The notes under the pieces: model-generated | Database searches by the model: none | What the model saw: only the letters and a program-made list of their open reading frames with translations | Told to the model about the DNA's origin: nothing | In this document: in pieces, positions 1 to 12,806 of the stretch | Position numbering within the stretch: the stretch's first letter is position 1 | Layout of the letters: every line of letters starts with the position of its first letter | Source: Vicugna vicugna | Taxonomy: Eukaryota | Direction of reading: 5' to 3' | Length of the DNA stretch: 64,000 bases | Assembly (NCBI GenBank): GCA_013265495.1 | Contig: MU057375.1 | Span: 1 to 64,000 of the forward strand | Translations under genes and position numbers: made by a program

Positions 1-99
1 GAAGTGAATAAGTAGCATTATTTTAGATCTAATAAATGGTGTAAAAGGAATAGGGAGAAGTGATATGAGGGGTTGCCTATTTTAGCTCATGTGAGCCAG

Positions 100-560
100 T
101 AAACCTCCTCAGAAGAGGAGCTGAATTGTTCATGTAAAAAATGAGTCATACCAAGATGAGCAAGCAGAGCAAGTGAGGCTAGGATCCCAGCCACGGTGAA
201 GGCCCCGAGGTGGGGGTGGCTGCAGCATATTCAAAGCAGGAAGGAGACCTGGTGGTGGGGATGGCATGAGTGAGGGATGCAGTAGGAGATATGTAGGGAG
301 GATTGGGGGCCAATGTTATTCAGAGCAAAGGTACGGAGTCTGGACTTTTTTTGAAGCACAAATGAGAAGGCACTGAGGGTAGTGAGCAGGGAACCAGAAT
401 GTCTCCTGCTCTAGAGCAAACATTCAGCTGTGTGGAGACTGAAGCAGAGCACACAGGGTGGAGCTAGGAGACCAGTCTGGAGGTGCTGGCAAGAAATGAT
501 GGTCGATGGGACCATAGTGCAGCAATAGAGCACTTACCAGGTGCCAGGTACAGGGCACAG
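100..560 (+). mobile_element. Old L2-like LINE fragments
   Basis: Purine-rich degenerate sequence with L2-type phrases (ggagaccagtctggaggtg...gaaatgatggt). Boundaries approximate. Confidence 0.4.
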
Positions 561-1530
561 ACTGAAATATTTAATCCAGAAAGACAAGGTCTCTGTTCTC
601 AAAGAGGAAGCAGTCTCTCTGTGTGTATTTGTGGATATGGGTGTGGTGTGTTGTGTTTCTGTGAGTATTTCTGTGTGTGTGAGTATGTATGGTATGGGAA
701 TACTGGGGACATGGTTCTTCTATGACAGGGAGAGTTACTGACACACTAGCAGGCACATCCTACACAGTGAAGATAGGGTCCATCCAAAATGCCTGTAGAC
801 TTCTGCTGAGAAACACTGTACCAAGTAATTACAAATATATTTGCTTTTTCCACCTAATTACGCACCATAAGCATTTCCCCAAACCATAAGCAGTCCTCTC
901 TTTAATAAAGACTCTTGCTCACAAGTCTTTGCCTATATTTCTCCTTTTTCAATCTTAAAACACTCAAAATTTTTCCTGCATTATTCAGTTCACCTAATAA
1001 GCCTACAAAGTAGATAGCTGACCTGGGTTGGGAGAAGAGCAAAGCAGGCTTCAGGGAGGTCAAACACTCTTAAGTCATAATAATTCTAACTTGATCCTGC
1101 AGGCTCAGAGGTCAGAGGTCATAAATGTGCTTTCTCTCCACTCTTCCCAAGAGCCTCCTATAGCAACGGGAAATCAGTGTGTCGGTGGCCTGGAACAAAC
1201 CAGTCCCCAATCAAGACTTCTGAGTTGAATCAAGTCAACTCACATCCATGGTTGATTAAAACCTTAGAGTCAATAGTCAGAAAGACTCCAAGAACCCAAT
1301 TCTTGATTCCAAAAGTCAAAGATTTCCAAATTTTCAGAGATCTGGACTTAGGGAACACTGAATCTTTAGAATCACACACTTTCACAACTAGGACATCAGT
1401 CCAGTCCTTTTGATATGAGGCACGGCAAGCCAAGGACCAGTGGCCACTTTGCCTGGGGACTCCTCTGTCCTCCTCCCTTTCTCCTCCTCCCTGCCTCATC
1501 TGTCCCTCAGCCTCTCCTATGCCCCCTTAC

Positions 1531-1807
1531 TTTCCTCATTGAACACCCCCCAGCCAGATATTGCAGGATGTGTTACTGGGTAGCTGCATGTCAGCAGCTG
1601 GGAGGCAGGCGGGGATGACATAGGAGATGAAGTTCACAGGAAAGAGCAGCTGCAACACGGCTATGTCATTCCCAAAGGTTGAAATTTGTCAAAGTCTGGG
1701 TACATGATAATCCAACTCATGCATATATTCTGGGTGTGCCTGGTGTGCTGGTACAGCTGGGGTGTTTCCAAACAAAACCCGGTAGTTCTCCAGGATGTGA
1801 GATTTTT
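1531..1807 (-). pseudogene. PRSS47: PRSS47-like catalytic-Asp exon (frameshifted)
   Basis: cctcctccag|...|gtaagg. With small indels it reads KSHILENYRVLFGNT/QLYQHTRHTQNICMSWIIMYPDFDKFQ/FGNDIAVLQLLFPVNFISYVIPACLPAADMQLPSNTSC/SGWGVFNEE, containing the DIAxLxL, PxCLP and GWG motifs. Confidence 0.88.
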
Positions 1808-2077
1808 CTGGAGGAGGAAGGGTGTATTTTCACCATCATATCTGAGTGTGGGCTATCTCTCTTTCTTTGCATCCTCATCTAACTGCCCACAACCCTCTGC
1901 GCCCCTCTGCCCCCTATGATGCCAGGCAGCTTTTGTCTCCCCATTTCTAATGATAAGGAGCCCTTCTTTCTTGAGGCTAATTGATATTCTACTTACAACC
2001 ACAGCATATGGCTTCCCCATCACACACTAGAATTGGAGGAGCATTGAATCTTAGGGCTGGATGGTGGAATAGGGGGA

Positions 2078-2315
2078 GTCATCAAATGAAGGCCTTTTTG
2101 ATTGTACACAGAAGGAGTTCTGGTTCAATTCCAGCTCTAACATCAACCTTCTGAAGGCTCCCTACATCCCCCCTTCTGGCACCACACTTTTCCAGAGGGG
2201 GTCATCAAATGAAGGCCATTTGATTGTACACAGAAGGAGTTCTGGTTCAATTCCAGCTCTAACATCACCCTTCTGAAGGCTCCCTACATCCCCCCTTCTG
2301 GTCCCACACTTTTCC
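2078..2315. repeat. Tandem duplication of ~122-123 bp (2 copies)
   Basis: gtcatcaaatgaaggcc...ccacacttttcc starts at 2078 and again at 2201; the copies are nearly identical. Confidence 0.95.
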
Positions 2316-3381
2316 TGACCCCTCCTTTCTTTAAACATCTTCCTGTCCAAGGGCTGCTTGTCCACACGTTATAAGCACTTAGAACAGATTTGTTAAATGA
2401 GCAAATGAGCACAGGAAATGGGACCTTGCCTTGTTCCCTGAATACAAGTGGTGAAACTTCCCACCTCCCTGAGGTTGCATGCATAGCTCATCCATCCAGA
2501 CACCCTCCCCCTTGCTCCCCTCCAGCAAGCCCCTCCCTCTCCACACCAACTGGAGCACAGAGCTTCTCCTGACCTCCCCCCACCACTATGTGGTCTGCCC
2601 TTCTCACCCATGTTGGGCTTTCTCTTCTGGCAGGATGGAGTCATGGTGAGGTGGGGGCTTGCCACCCTTAATGCCACAGAGGAGCATGCATGGAGTGTGG
2701 TACAAAGTAGGTATTGGCAGGACTCTAGGTTCTCAAAGCTCCAGCTCCTGGACCTGGGCTGTGATGCCCCTGCTCCCTCGAGAACCCTCTTCATCTGTTC
2801 AGAAGCTGGACACTGAGCCAAGCCCAGGACGAACAGTAAGTTAGACACCTGAGCAGCTGTGTCACTTTCCCAGGGAGGCCCATCTCCCATTTATGCAACC
2901 TGGCAGCAGGGTTCCCCCCATTCACACCAGTGACCACAGCTCCTTCTGGGAACTCAGTTTTGCACAAGTAAGAAGAAGAATGGCCCAGCTGCTGGCCATA
3001 CACACAGTTCCAACTTCCTGCCTAGAGTCTGATACCCAGGAATGTGGGGACACTGAGAAGAAGCTGTGGTCTGAGGTTGGCACACACCTCATGGCAGCCA
3101 AGACCAACACTATCAGTCTCCTGGGTGCATCTGTGTTGGGGGACAGGTACAAGGGCTGAAGGCAGAGCATGAGGAGGATCAGACAGGTGAGTGGGGAGGA
3201 TAGTCCAGGTGGAGGGTACACAGGTCAAAGGCAGGGATTACATGCATTTGAAAACCACAGACTGCCCCAGAGAAAAGCCCAGAAGACTGTTGTGGGATGC
3301 CCATCACCGCTGTTCTCCCCTTCCCCTGCAAGCCCCTCCCCTGCCAGCACCTCTGCTGGCACCCTAGGAGGGAGGACTCAC

Positions 3382-3569
3382 TTGAGAAAGCAGTGGGCAG
3401 CAGAAACCAGCCAGTGGGAGTTGATGAGGGTGGCTCCACAGACATGCAAGCCTTGTTTGGCATAGTAGGCTGGCTTGTCAAGGCCACTGGCCCACCACCA
3501 CATCCAGGTCACCATAGATATTCCCTATCACCTTGGGTTTCCCGCACACTGTGGAGATGCCCCTGCCTC
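3382..3569 (-). pseudogene. PRSS47: PRSS47-like activation-site/catalytic-His exon (stop + frameshift)
   Basis: catag|...|gtgagt. Reads GRGISTVCGKPKVIGNIYGDLDVVVGQWP*QASLLCQ[+4 nt]GLHVCGATLINSHWLVSAAHCFL, with the AAHC motif. An alternative acceptor at 3548 is also possible. Confidence 0.9.
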
Positions 3570-4390
3570 CTATGACAGAGACACTGGTAGTACCTCAGAT
3601 GCCACTACTAGGGAGGGCCTGTCCACTTCATAGATAGGAAAACCAAGGCCAAGCAACCAGAGGCCTAGCCAAAATGACAGGGTGCCACTGAGAACTGGAC
3701 AGCAGAGGACAACTGAGCAAGGCCTTTGGAGATGAGGCCACAGTGGTCTGGTGGGTGGAGCAGGGGGACCAAAGGCAGCCACAGCAGCTGACACAGCAGC
3801 ATCTCCATTGTGACGGATATCCCTGCATGAGCCTGTGAAGGGCTGGGCCATCACAGCCATTATTCCCTCACTTAGCACACCTCAGTGCCTACTCTGCAGA
3901 TCCAAGAGCTGCAGGCCTCAGAGGCTGCCAATATTACTTGCTCAAGGTCATGGTTGCTAAGTGCTTCTGCCCCCTCCACTTCATCCCAGTATCTCAGGGA
4001 AATAGGTTCATAGGCAGAAGTGTGTGGTGCTGTGTGACCTCAGGAAAGTCACTCCCCCTCTCTGACTCAGGACCCTCCATTTCTAAAAGAGGGAGCGGGC
4101 TAATGAAGACAGCCCTTGTTCTAGGACTCACACTTGGAGGGCAGGGGTGTGCCCAGGCCCCCTGAAAGTGGGCATCCCGGTCTAGAGCTTGTGCTCCCAG
4201 GGCCTCAGGGAGGGAAGTGAGACCCCTGGGCCCCAGACTAAGGGCCACTTATTCAGCAGTCCTGGTGCTTTCCTCCAGCCAGCCTCACAGCCTCAGGGCC
4301 AGACCCTGCTACCTGACCCATTCCACAGCCCCACAAAGGTCCTGGGGCAGTTCTCTCCCAGAGGCTCCACGGTGGGGGCCTGTGACTCAC

Positions 4391-4416
4391 CTGTGTTGAG
4401 GTGACCTCTGGGCTGC
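4391..4416 (-). pseudogene. PRSS47: 26-nt microexon of the PRSS47-like pseudogene (GSPEVTSTQ)
   Basis: Strong polypyrimidine acceptor ctcctctctgtccttgcctccaaacag and donor gtgagt. Resembles the recalled PRSS47 propeptide VAPETTSSK. Confidence 0.55.
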
Positions 4417-4904
4417 CTGTTTGGAGGCAAGGACAGAGAGGAGATGAGATACAGTGACTCAGGTCACCCAGGCCCTGGTCACAGCGCATCCCACTGAGGC
4501 CCTCTTGTGTAACCGGTCTCAACTCCGCCCTGAGGCCCCAGTTGCACCTGAGGCTCCAGGAGCCAACCACTGCCCATCAGGAGTCAGTGCACCACTCTTC
4601 ACTGGCCTCTTCACACCTGGAGCCTGACCAGGGGTGGCCAAGTCCCTGTTGGAGGACCCCCACAGCTCCAGGGTGGCTGGGGGAAGCAGCAGCATCCAGA
4701 GGAGGGCCACAGGCTGGCTTTGGACTTCAAAGATCCACACCCTCATGCCCATTATCAAGCTTGCTGACCCCTGCCTGATCCCCAATTAACCCCTGCCTGA
4801 CCCTGGCCTGATCCTGGTCTTAACCAGCCTTGAGTCTGGCCCCTAAGCCTGGGCTCTGACCCTTCCCTGACCCTGCCCAAGCCCAGCCCTGCTCCCATTC
4901 TGGC

Positions 4905-7210
4905 CTTATTAACTGTTTAAACAGCTCTGTTGAGGTGTGATTTATATACCATGAAGTTCACTTATTACAAGGGACAATTCAATGATTTTCAGTACATTTT
5001 TATTTCTTTATTTTTATTTAAATAAATTTTGTATTTTAGAGTAGCTTTAGATTTCTGGAAAAGATGCAAAGACAGTGCAGAGTTCACATAACCCCCTCAC
5101 CCAGTTTCACATAATATTAAAATCTTCTATTTGTATGGCTCATTTGTCACAACTGGTGAGTCAATAGTGACACATTAGTATCAACTAAAGTCCATTCTTC
5201 ATCTCTTTCATTTCTTAAAGTTTAAAGTGTACATTGATGGTGAAATCAAAAGCTTCACAGATGAACAAGAGCTAAAACATTTCAGCACCACCAAAGCAGC
5301 TTAATAACAAATACTAAAGGAACTTCTCTAGTCATCAAATAAGAAAAGAGAACAAAAAGAAGAAAGATTAAAAAATAAAAAGACCTAGAAAAGATTGCTT
5401 TGGCTGTTCAGGGATTTTGTGTTTCCTTAAAAAATCTGGAATTATTTTCTCTAGTTCTGTGAGGAACGTTGTGAGTATTTTGATGGGGGTTGCATAGGAT
5501 TTGTGGATTGATTTGGGTAGTGTGGCCATTTTGGAGTGTTTATTCTTCCAATCCAAAGCACAAGAATTCTTTCCATTCCTTGTGTCATTTTGGTTTTCGG
5601 AGTATAGGTAACCCCCTTGGTTAAGTTTATTTCTAGGTATTTTGATGTTTTCAATGTAATGTAAATGTTTCTGCTGGTTGTAAAATTCTGGTTATTGAAA
5701 TTAAAAAAAGAGAATGAAGGACCACAAATGGCAAATATCCTTCTTTCTCATGGGTGAGATTTATTCCATTACATATGTATGTATATGCTGCATCTTTATT
5801 ATCTATTTAAATATTGGTGTACACTAAGGAGGCTTCCATATCTGGGCAATTATAAATAATGTTGCTGTTAATAGCAGAGTTTATGTATCTTTTTGAATTA
5901 ATTCTTGTTTTGTGGTTGGCTTTATTTCTTTGATAACTATGTAATTTTAAAAAGCTAAAGCCCTAAACATTCTTAGAAACACTGAACAGTACATACATGT
6001 AAATTAAAAAATATATGTGCAGTAAAAAAATAAAAGAAGAAGAAGAAAAAGAAATGAGCTATCAAGCCATGGAAGACATGTAAGAAACTTAAAAGACATA
6101 TCACTAAATGAAAGAAGCCAGTCTGAAAAGGCTACCAACTGCACCATTCCAACCAAATAATAATCTGGAAAAGGCACAGCTACAGAAACAATAAAAAGAT
6201 CATGGTTTCTAGGTGTTTGGGGAGAGCGAGAGAGGGAGGAATAAATGGAGCACAAGGGATTTTTAGGGCAATGAAGTTATTCTGTATATTACAATGGTGG
6301 CTACACGTAATTACGCATTTGTCAAAACCCATAGAATGTACAACATTAAGAGTGAACCATTATGTAAACTGTGGCCTCTGATTGATAATAATGTGCTCAT
6401 GTTGATTCTTCAATTGCATCAAATATGCCTCATTGATGAGTGATGTTGAGGTTAGGGGAGTATATACGGTTGAGTGGGGAGGGCTATGTGTGAACGCACT
6501 GTATTTTCTGCTAAATTCTGCTGTGAACCTGAAAGTGCTCTAAAAAAGTAAAGCCTATTAATTGAAAATACATATGTAAACAAAACAAAACAAAACAAAA
6601 AAGAAAGTTCGCTGACATTTCCATATCAATTGCTGTAAACCTATGATTAGTATAAGGAAAATTGGCATCTTTACTATGCTGAGCCTTCCAAATCATAAAA
6701 ACAGTGACTCTTCATTTATTTAGAACCTCTTGCTTTCTTTCATCAGCACTTCATAGTTTTTAGTATACAAGTTCTATATGTATTTTATTAGATTTACAAC
6801 TACGTACTTCATTTTTTTCAGTAATTACAATTGGTATTTTATTTTAAAAGTATGCCTTATGAATATTTGTTTTTATTATTTAAAAGTGCAGTTGAGTTTT
6901 GAATGCTGGTATTGCAATGTTAATGAACTCACTTATCAGTTCTAGAAGTTTTTTGTAGATTCTTTTTTTTTTGGATTATCTCCAGCTACATAGATAAACA
7001 TGTCACCTGCAATAGCAATAATTTTATTTTATTTCTTCCTTTAGGACTTTTCCTTGTCTTTTGCAGTATCTATAATTTCCAGTACTATAAAGAATAAGCA
7101 TAGTAAGAATGAACACCTTGCCTTGCTCCCAGTCTTAGGGAGAGAGAATTCAGTCTTTGATCATAAGAAATAGTTTTAATTGTGGGTTTTTGTAAATATT
7201 CTTTATCTGC
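4905..7210. mobile_element. Cluster of nested L1 fragments in both orientations
   Basis: Old L1M 3' ends (4905-5200 -, 6040-6570 +), an ORF1 C-terminal piece (5230-5350 +), ORF2 pieces (5390-5670 - WIGRIN..KMATLPK; 6610-7210 -) and a 3' piece (5720-5900 -). Confidence 0.75.
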
Positions 7211-7212
7211 TT

Positions 7213-9230
7213 GAGTTGACTTCATCCAAGGAACACAAGGATGGTTCAACATACAGAAATCAATCAATGTAATACACCACATCAACAAGACAAAGGACAA
7301 AAATCACATGATTATCTCAATAGATGCAGAAAAAGCATTTGATAAAATGCAACACCCATTTATGATAAAAACCCTCACCAATGTGCGTATAGAGGGAACA
7401 TATCTCAACATGATGAAAGCTATTTAGGACAAACCTACAGCCAGCATAGTACTCAATGGTGAAAAATGGAAAACATTCCCAATAAAATCTAGGACAAGAC
7501 AAGGTTGTCCCCTCTCATCACTTCTATTCAAATAGTCTTGGAAGCCCTAGCCACAGCATTCAGGGAAGAAAAAGAAATAAAGGGGATCCAAATTGGAAAG
7601 GAAGAGTTAAAATTGTCTCTATATGTAGATGACATGATACTGTATATAGAAAACCCTAAAAACTCCACACAAAAATTACTAGAATTAATAGAAGAATTCA
7701 GCAAGGTAGCAGGATACAAGAATAATGTAGAGTAATCAGTTGCATTTCTTTATGCTTATGATGAATCAATGGGAAAAGAAAGTAAAGAAACAATCCCTTT
7801 TAAAATAGCACCCAAAGTAATAAAACACCTAGAAATAAATCTAGCCAAGGAGGTGAAACACATATATGGAGAACTACAAAACATTGATTAAGGAAATTAA
7901 AGAAACTTTAAAAAATGGAAAGATATCTCATGCTCCTGGATTGGAAGAATGAATAGTGTTAAAATGGTCATACTGCTCAAGGCAATCTACAGACTTAATG
8001 CAATCCCTATCAAATTGCCCAGGACATATTTCACAGAAGTGGAACAAATCATAATGAAATTTATATGGAATCACAAAAGACCCAGAATTGCCAGAGCATT
8101 ACTGAATAAAAAGAATGAAGTTGGAGGAATAACTCTCCCAGACTTCAGACAATAATACAGAGCGACAGTTACCCAAACAGCATGGTATTGGTACAAAAAC
8201 AGGCATATGGATCAATGGAACAGAATAGATAGCCCAGAAATGAACTCACAAACTTTGGGTCAATTAATCTTTGACAAAAGAGGCAAGAACATACATTGGA
8301 ATAAAGGTAGACTCTTTAGGAAATTGTGTTGGGAAAACAGGACAGCAGCATGTAAATTAGTGAAGCTAGATCACTCCCTCACACCACACACAAAAATAAA
8401 CTCAAACTGAATTAAAGACCTACAAAAAGATAAAACACAATAAACCTCCTAGAAGAAAACATAGGCTGTGGAGAAATGGAAACCCTCCAACACTGTTGGT
8501 GGGAATGCAGTTTGGTGCAACCATTGCAGAAATTACTATGGAGATTCCACAAAAGATTAAGAATAGACTTACCATATGAACCCAGCAATCACATTCTTCA
8601 GCATATATTCAGAAGGAACCCTAATTCAAAAAGACACCTGCATCCCAATATTCACAGCAGTACTATTCTCTGTAGCTAAGACATAGAAACAACCTAAATG
8701 TCCATCTAGAGGATGACAGTATGAAGAAGTTGTGGTATATTTATACAATGGAATTACTATTCAGCCATAAAAAAATGAAAACATAATGCCATTTGCAGCA
8801 ACATGGATGTCCCTGGAGAATGTCATTCTAAGTGCAGTAAGCCAGAAAGAGAAAGAAAAATACCATATGATATCAGTCATGTGGAATCTAAAAAAAAAAA
8901 AAAGACAAATGAACTTAAAACAGAAACAGACTCATACACATAGAATACAAACTTGTGGTTGCCAAGGGCAATCGGGATGGGAAGGGACAGACTGTGAGTT
9001 CTAGATTTGTAGATAATGACAGGTATATATAGAATAGATAAAGAAGTTAATAGAGTATAGCTCAGGGATATATATTCAAGATCTTGCAGTAAGTAGTTCA
9101 CGGGGATATAGAATATGAAAATGAGTATATATGTATATATTCACATATGACTGAAAAGTTGTTCTATATGCCAGAAATTGACACAGCATTGTAAACCAAC
9201 TACAACTCAATAAAAATAAATTTGAAAAAT
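7213..9230 (+). mobile_element. 5'-truncated L1 (ORF2 RT to 3' UTR/polyA) with internal deletion
   Basis: Contains [27 protein letters not shown] and MPFAATWMSLENVILS, plus AATAAA and an A-rich tail at ~9209-9230. Stops and frameshifts present. Confidence 0.95.
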
Positions 9231-10607
9231 ATATGAAGGTCTTTGATATTTATTTATTCAAGTCATATCCATTGAGCACAATTTATTGAGTTATGCCAGA
9301 AACTGTTCTTGACTGGGAAGCCACTGGCATTACAGCTAGTATGTTGGAGGGCACAGCACCAGTATGTGTCACACCTTGGAGAAGAAAGACATTGCCAGAT
9401 TAATACATTTCACGTGTTGGCAAGAAGCAGTTCTGCTAAAATATAACCAGTTAAGAAATGCCTTATTGTAGGATATAGCAATGTTATGAAGGAATGTAGT
9501 GACAGAAGTTTCAGGCTCAATCTAAAAATGACTTAAAAGGGAGAGAGGAAGAATGATATTTCATCAGGGCTTACCCAAGGATGATATTACTTTTGGGAGT
9601 TATAGTCATTAGAGAGTTATACTCTGTAGTGAGTTGGCAGAGTTGTACTATGCAATGAGTTGGTGGTAATATCCCAAATGTAGGAAATATTCTGTAAAAT
9701 GATCCAATTCCATTTGGGATTATCCACTCACATTTCTCAGTAGTCTAGGTTCTTTTTCTGGTATCAAATTAGAACACATTATCTTCACCCACTATGAAAC
9801 TGCCTTCATTGAATTATGCCTAAGGGTAATGTCCTCAGCATTTAGTGAGGGGTAGCCTTATGAATTTCATTGCCACATCTGTCACGGAAGTAAGGACACT
9901 GTCTAACATCACTCATCCCTCCCTCATGTGACATTCCCTCCAAAAACTTCCCCCTTCCCTCATCCCTTCTTTCACTTGCTTCCTTTGTTTTTACTTCTGA
10001 ATGCAGTAAATGTAATTAAGTTCTAATGCTATTAACTACATGGAGCCCTGGCCATCCTCTCTCTTTGACTTCCTACTCCTTTTTATAATTCCTTAGTTCT
10101 AATTTATTTTCACTTGTGTTATTTTATTTCTTCCTTGTATTATCTGGTAATGGGTCTTTTGCTCTGATTTCAAATAATATTGACAAATTATTACTTCCTA
10201 AGCATTTTGCTATTAGGAAGAACAGTAGTGGCAGGAGGATTTGATCTTGCATGCCAGCACTGGGCAATGGCGATGGCTGCCTGGAGCCTGGTGTGAAGAA
10301 GGAAAGGCGTGCTCTGCTTGATTAGTAATGGCTGTGGTGAGCATGTTAGGAGAACTCGATGGCACTTCTACCAGGTGTTTGACATCTATGCCTTAAGTCG
10401 AATACATGACTATTCTAGTAACAAGAAAGCATAAACAAGTGAACTAATGGCTTTCTGACTTATAAACCAGTGATTTGTAAGTTTTATTAGCCCACACCCA
10501 CTGTCCAAAGCATGATTATACCTATGTAAAATAAAATTTAAAGAAATTGGGATCCTTAACTGCGATAAAAAAACAATAGTACAACACCCCCCCCCCCCCC
10601 CCCCCCG

Positions 10608-11553
10608 NNNNNNNNNNNNNNNNNNNNNNNNNNNNNNNNNNNNNNNNNNNNNNNNNNNNNNNNNNNNNNNNNNNNNNNNNNNNNNNNNNNNNNNNNNNNN
10701 NNNNNNNNNNNNNNNNNNNNNNNNNNNNNNNNNNNNNNNNNNNNNNNNNNNNNNNNNNNNNNNNNNNNNNNNNNNNNNNNNNNNNNNNNNNNNNNNNNNN
10801 NNNNNNNNNNNNNNNNNNNNNNNNNNNNNNNNNNNNNNNNNNNNNNNNNNNNNNNNNNNNNNNNNNNNNNNNNNNNNNNNNNNNNNNNNNNNNNNNNNNN
10901 NNNNNNNNNNNNNNNNNNNNNNNNNNNNNNNNNNNNNNNNNNNNNNNNNNNNNNNNNNNNNNNNNNNNNNNNNNNNNNNNNNNNNNNNNNNNNNNNNNNN
11001 NNNNNNNNNNNNNNNNNNNNNNNNNNNNNNNNNNNNNNNNNNNNNNNNNNNNNNNNNNNNNNNNNNNNNNNNNNNNNNNNNNNNNNNNNNNNNNNNNNNN
11101 NNNNNNNNNNNNNNNNNNNNNNNNNNNNNNNNNNNNNNNNNNNNNNNNNNNNNNNNNNNNNNNNNNNNNNNNNNNNNNNNNNNNNNNNNNNNNNNNNNNN
11201 NNNNNNNNNNNNNNNNNNNNNNNNNNNNNNNNNNNNNNNNNNNNNNNNNNNNNNNNNNNNNNNNNNNNNNNNNNNNNNNNNNNNNNNNNNNNNNNNNNNN
11301 NNNNNNNNNNNNNNNNNNNNNNNNNNNNNNNNNNNNNNNNNNNNNNNNNNNNNNNNNNNNNNNNNNNNNNNNNNNNNNNNNNNNNNNNNNNNNNNNNNNN
11401 NNNNNNNNNNNNNNNNNNNNNNNNNNNNNNNNNNNNNNNNNNNNNNNNNNNNNNNNNNNNNNNNNNNNNNNNNNNNNNNNNNNNNNNNNNNNNNNNNNNN
11501 NNNNNNNNNNNNNNNNNNNNNNNNNNNNNNNNNNNNNNNNNNNNNNNNNNNNN
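10608..11553. other. Assembly gap (946 N)
   Basis: Run of N flanked by poly-C on the left and a G-run plus CpG-rich sequence on the right. Confidence 1.
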
Positions 11554-12786
11554 GGGGGGCGGCAGCGACCTGAAGGCAGCGCGGAAGGAAGTAGAGCCGC
11601 ACGTGCTGGAGGTGGCAAGAGCGGTGACCTGGACTTCGGTATTCCCGCGCTCCCAGCTGTGTCCCTTGAGGCAAGTCACTCAGCCTCTCAGAAACCTGGT
11701 GAGATAGGAGGGGGAAGTGATTCCCACCACCAGGAAATCCTTTCCAACAACTGCGGAGCGCCTTGTGTTCTGGGCCAGCTCTCTTCCTCACGTGGGTACC
11801 CGAAAGCTGGGAGGGGACTTCAGAATCTGGGGAATTGAGCCGGGGGGGGGGGCAGGGGAGCAGCCCAGAGGCAGTGACAAGGCTTCCCTGTCCCCACCCC
11901 CAGAGTCTTTTGGTCCCTGGGATAACACCACCCCAGACCCTGAAAGGGGGCTGTGTGCCCTGGCAGCTGCTGAAAGGGAGGCAGCCTGGTGACCAGATGG
12001 GCTGGTGGCCTCTAAGGTGACCTGGCTGGAAAAATTCCAGCAGGACCCAAATTCCTCAGAGGAGATAAGGGAGCTAATGGATATGCAAACTTGCACCTGA
12101 TCATCTGGGGGAGGGGCTGGATTCCTTGGGAGCAATTGGCTATTAACTGTGAAGGAAAAAGCAGTCTGCCCCATCTCCTGCTTCCTCAGACCCTTCCTCC
12201 AAGAGCCAACACAGGAGCCATCATCAATCAGAGTCAGGAACTGCAAGAATCTAACTTTGTAAGTTGGGGAAACTGAGGCCTACAGCTAAGCCTTGGGAAG
12301 AATGAGCCAAGTGCCTGAATTGCCAGCCGTCTTTTAACACGTTGATTTTCAGGCCAAGCCTTTCCCTGCTAGCCTCGGGTCCTCTGTGTTGCCCCCTCCC
12401 AACTCTATCCTCCTGAACGGTAGCACCCCTAGCCCCATTCCCATTTCCCAGGTACAGAGAGGGAAACCAAGAGTGCCCAGCCTGGGGAAACTGCTTTGTT
12501 CAAATCTGGCAGGACAAGCCATGCAGATCCCACCCTGGGCCTCCCTGGAGAGTAGGGGTGGAGGGCTGGCCAGTCAGGTGGCTTCTTCCCTCCAAAGTGA
12601 AAGGGTGGGTGGTAAAGGGAGGGAACTTTTGCCAGATCTTGTCCTGAATTTGGAGAATATTGTGCTAGATTCTGAGCAGACTCCATAGTGACTCTGGGGC
12701 AGGAAGACATCTGGAGCAGGAAGCCCTGCCAGCAGGAATGCAGTGTCTCAGCATGAGGCTTGGTGTGTGCTGAAAACACACATTCA

Positions 12787-12806
12787 CACACACACACACA
12801 CACACA
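12787..12806. repeat. (CA)n microsatellite
   Basis: Direct dinucleotide run. Confidence 0.9.

Larger units (their letters stand above)
1531..4752 (-). pseudogene. PRSS47: PRSS47-like trypsin-family (S1) serine protease pseudogene, 5' part; the catalytic-Ser exons presumably lie left of the window
   Basis: Hand-spliced minus-strand exons: signal-peptide-like MGMRVWIFEVQSQPVALLWMLLLPP (ATG 4752), microexon 4391-4416, His exon 3382-3569, Asp exon 1531-1807. They resemble recalled human PRSS47 (RGVSTVCGKPKVVGKIYGG...QWPWQASLL...HCFLNKSQAPKNYQVLLGN). A stop and several frameshifts are present. Confidence 0.82.

Noticed and set aside
2610..2844. Plus-strand exon-like segment with a kinesin-like SKLQLLDL phrase
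   Set aside because: No LAGSER continuation and no partner exons; it lies antisense within a PRSS47-like intron, so probably chance.
10410..11791. Three 385-411 aa ORFs
   Set aside because: Artefacts of reading through the N gap.
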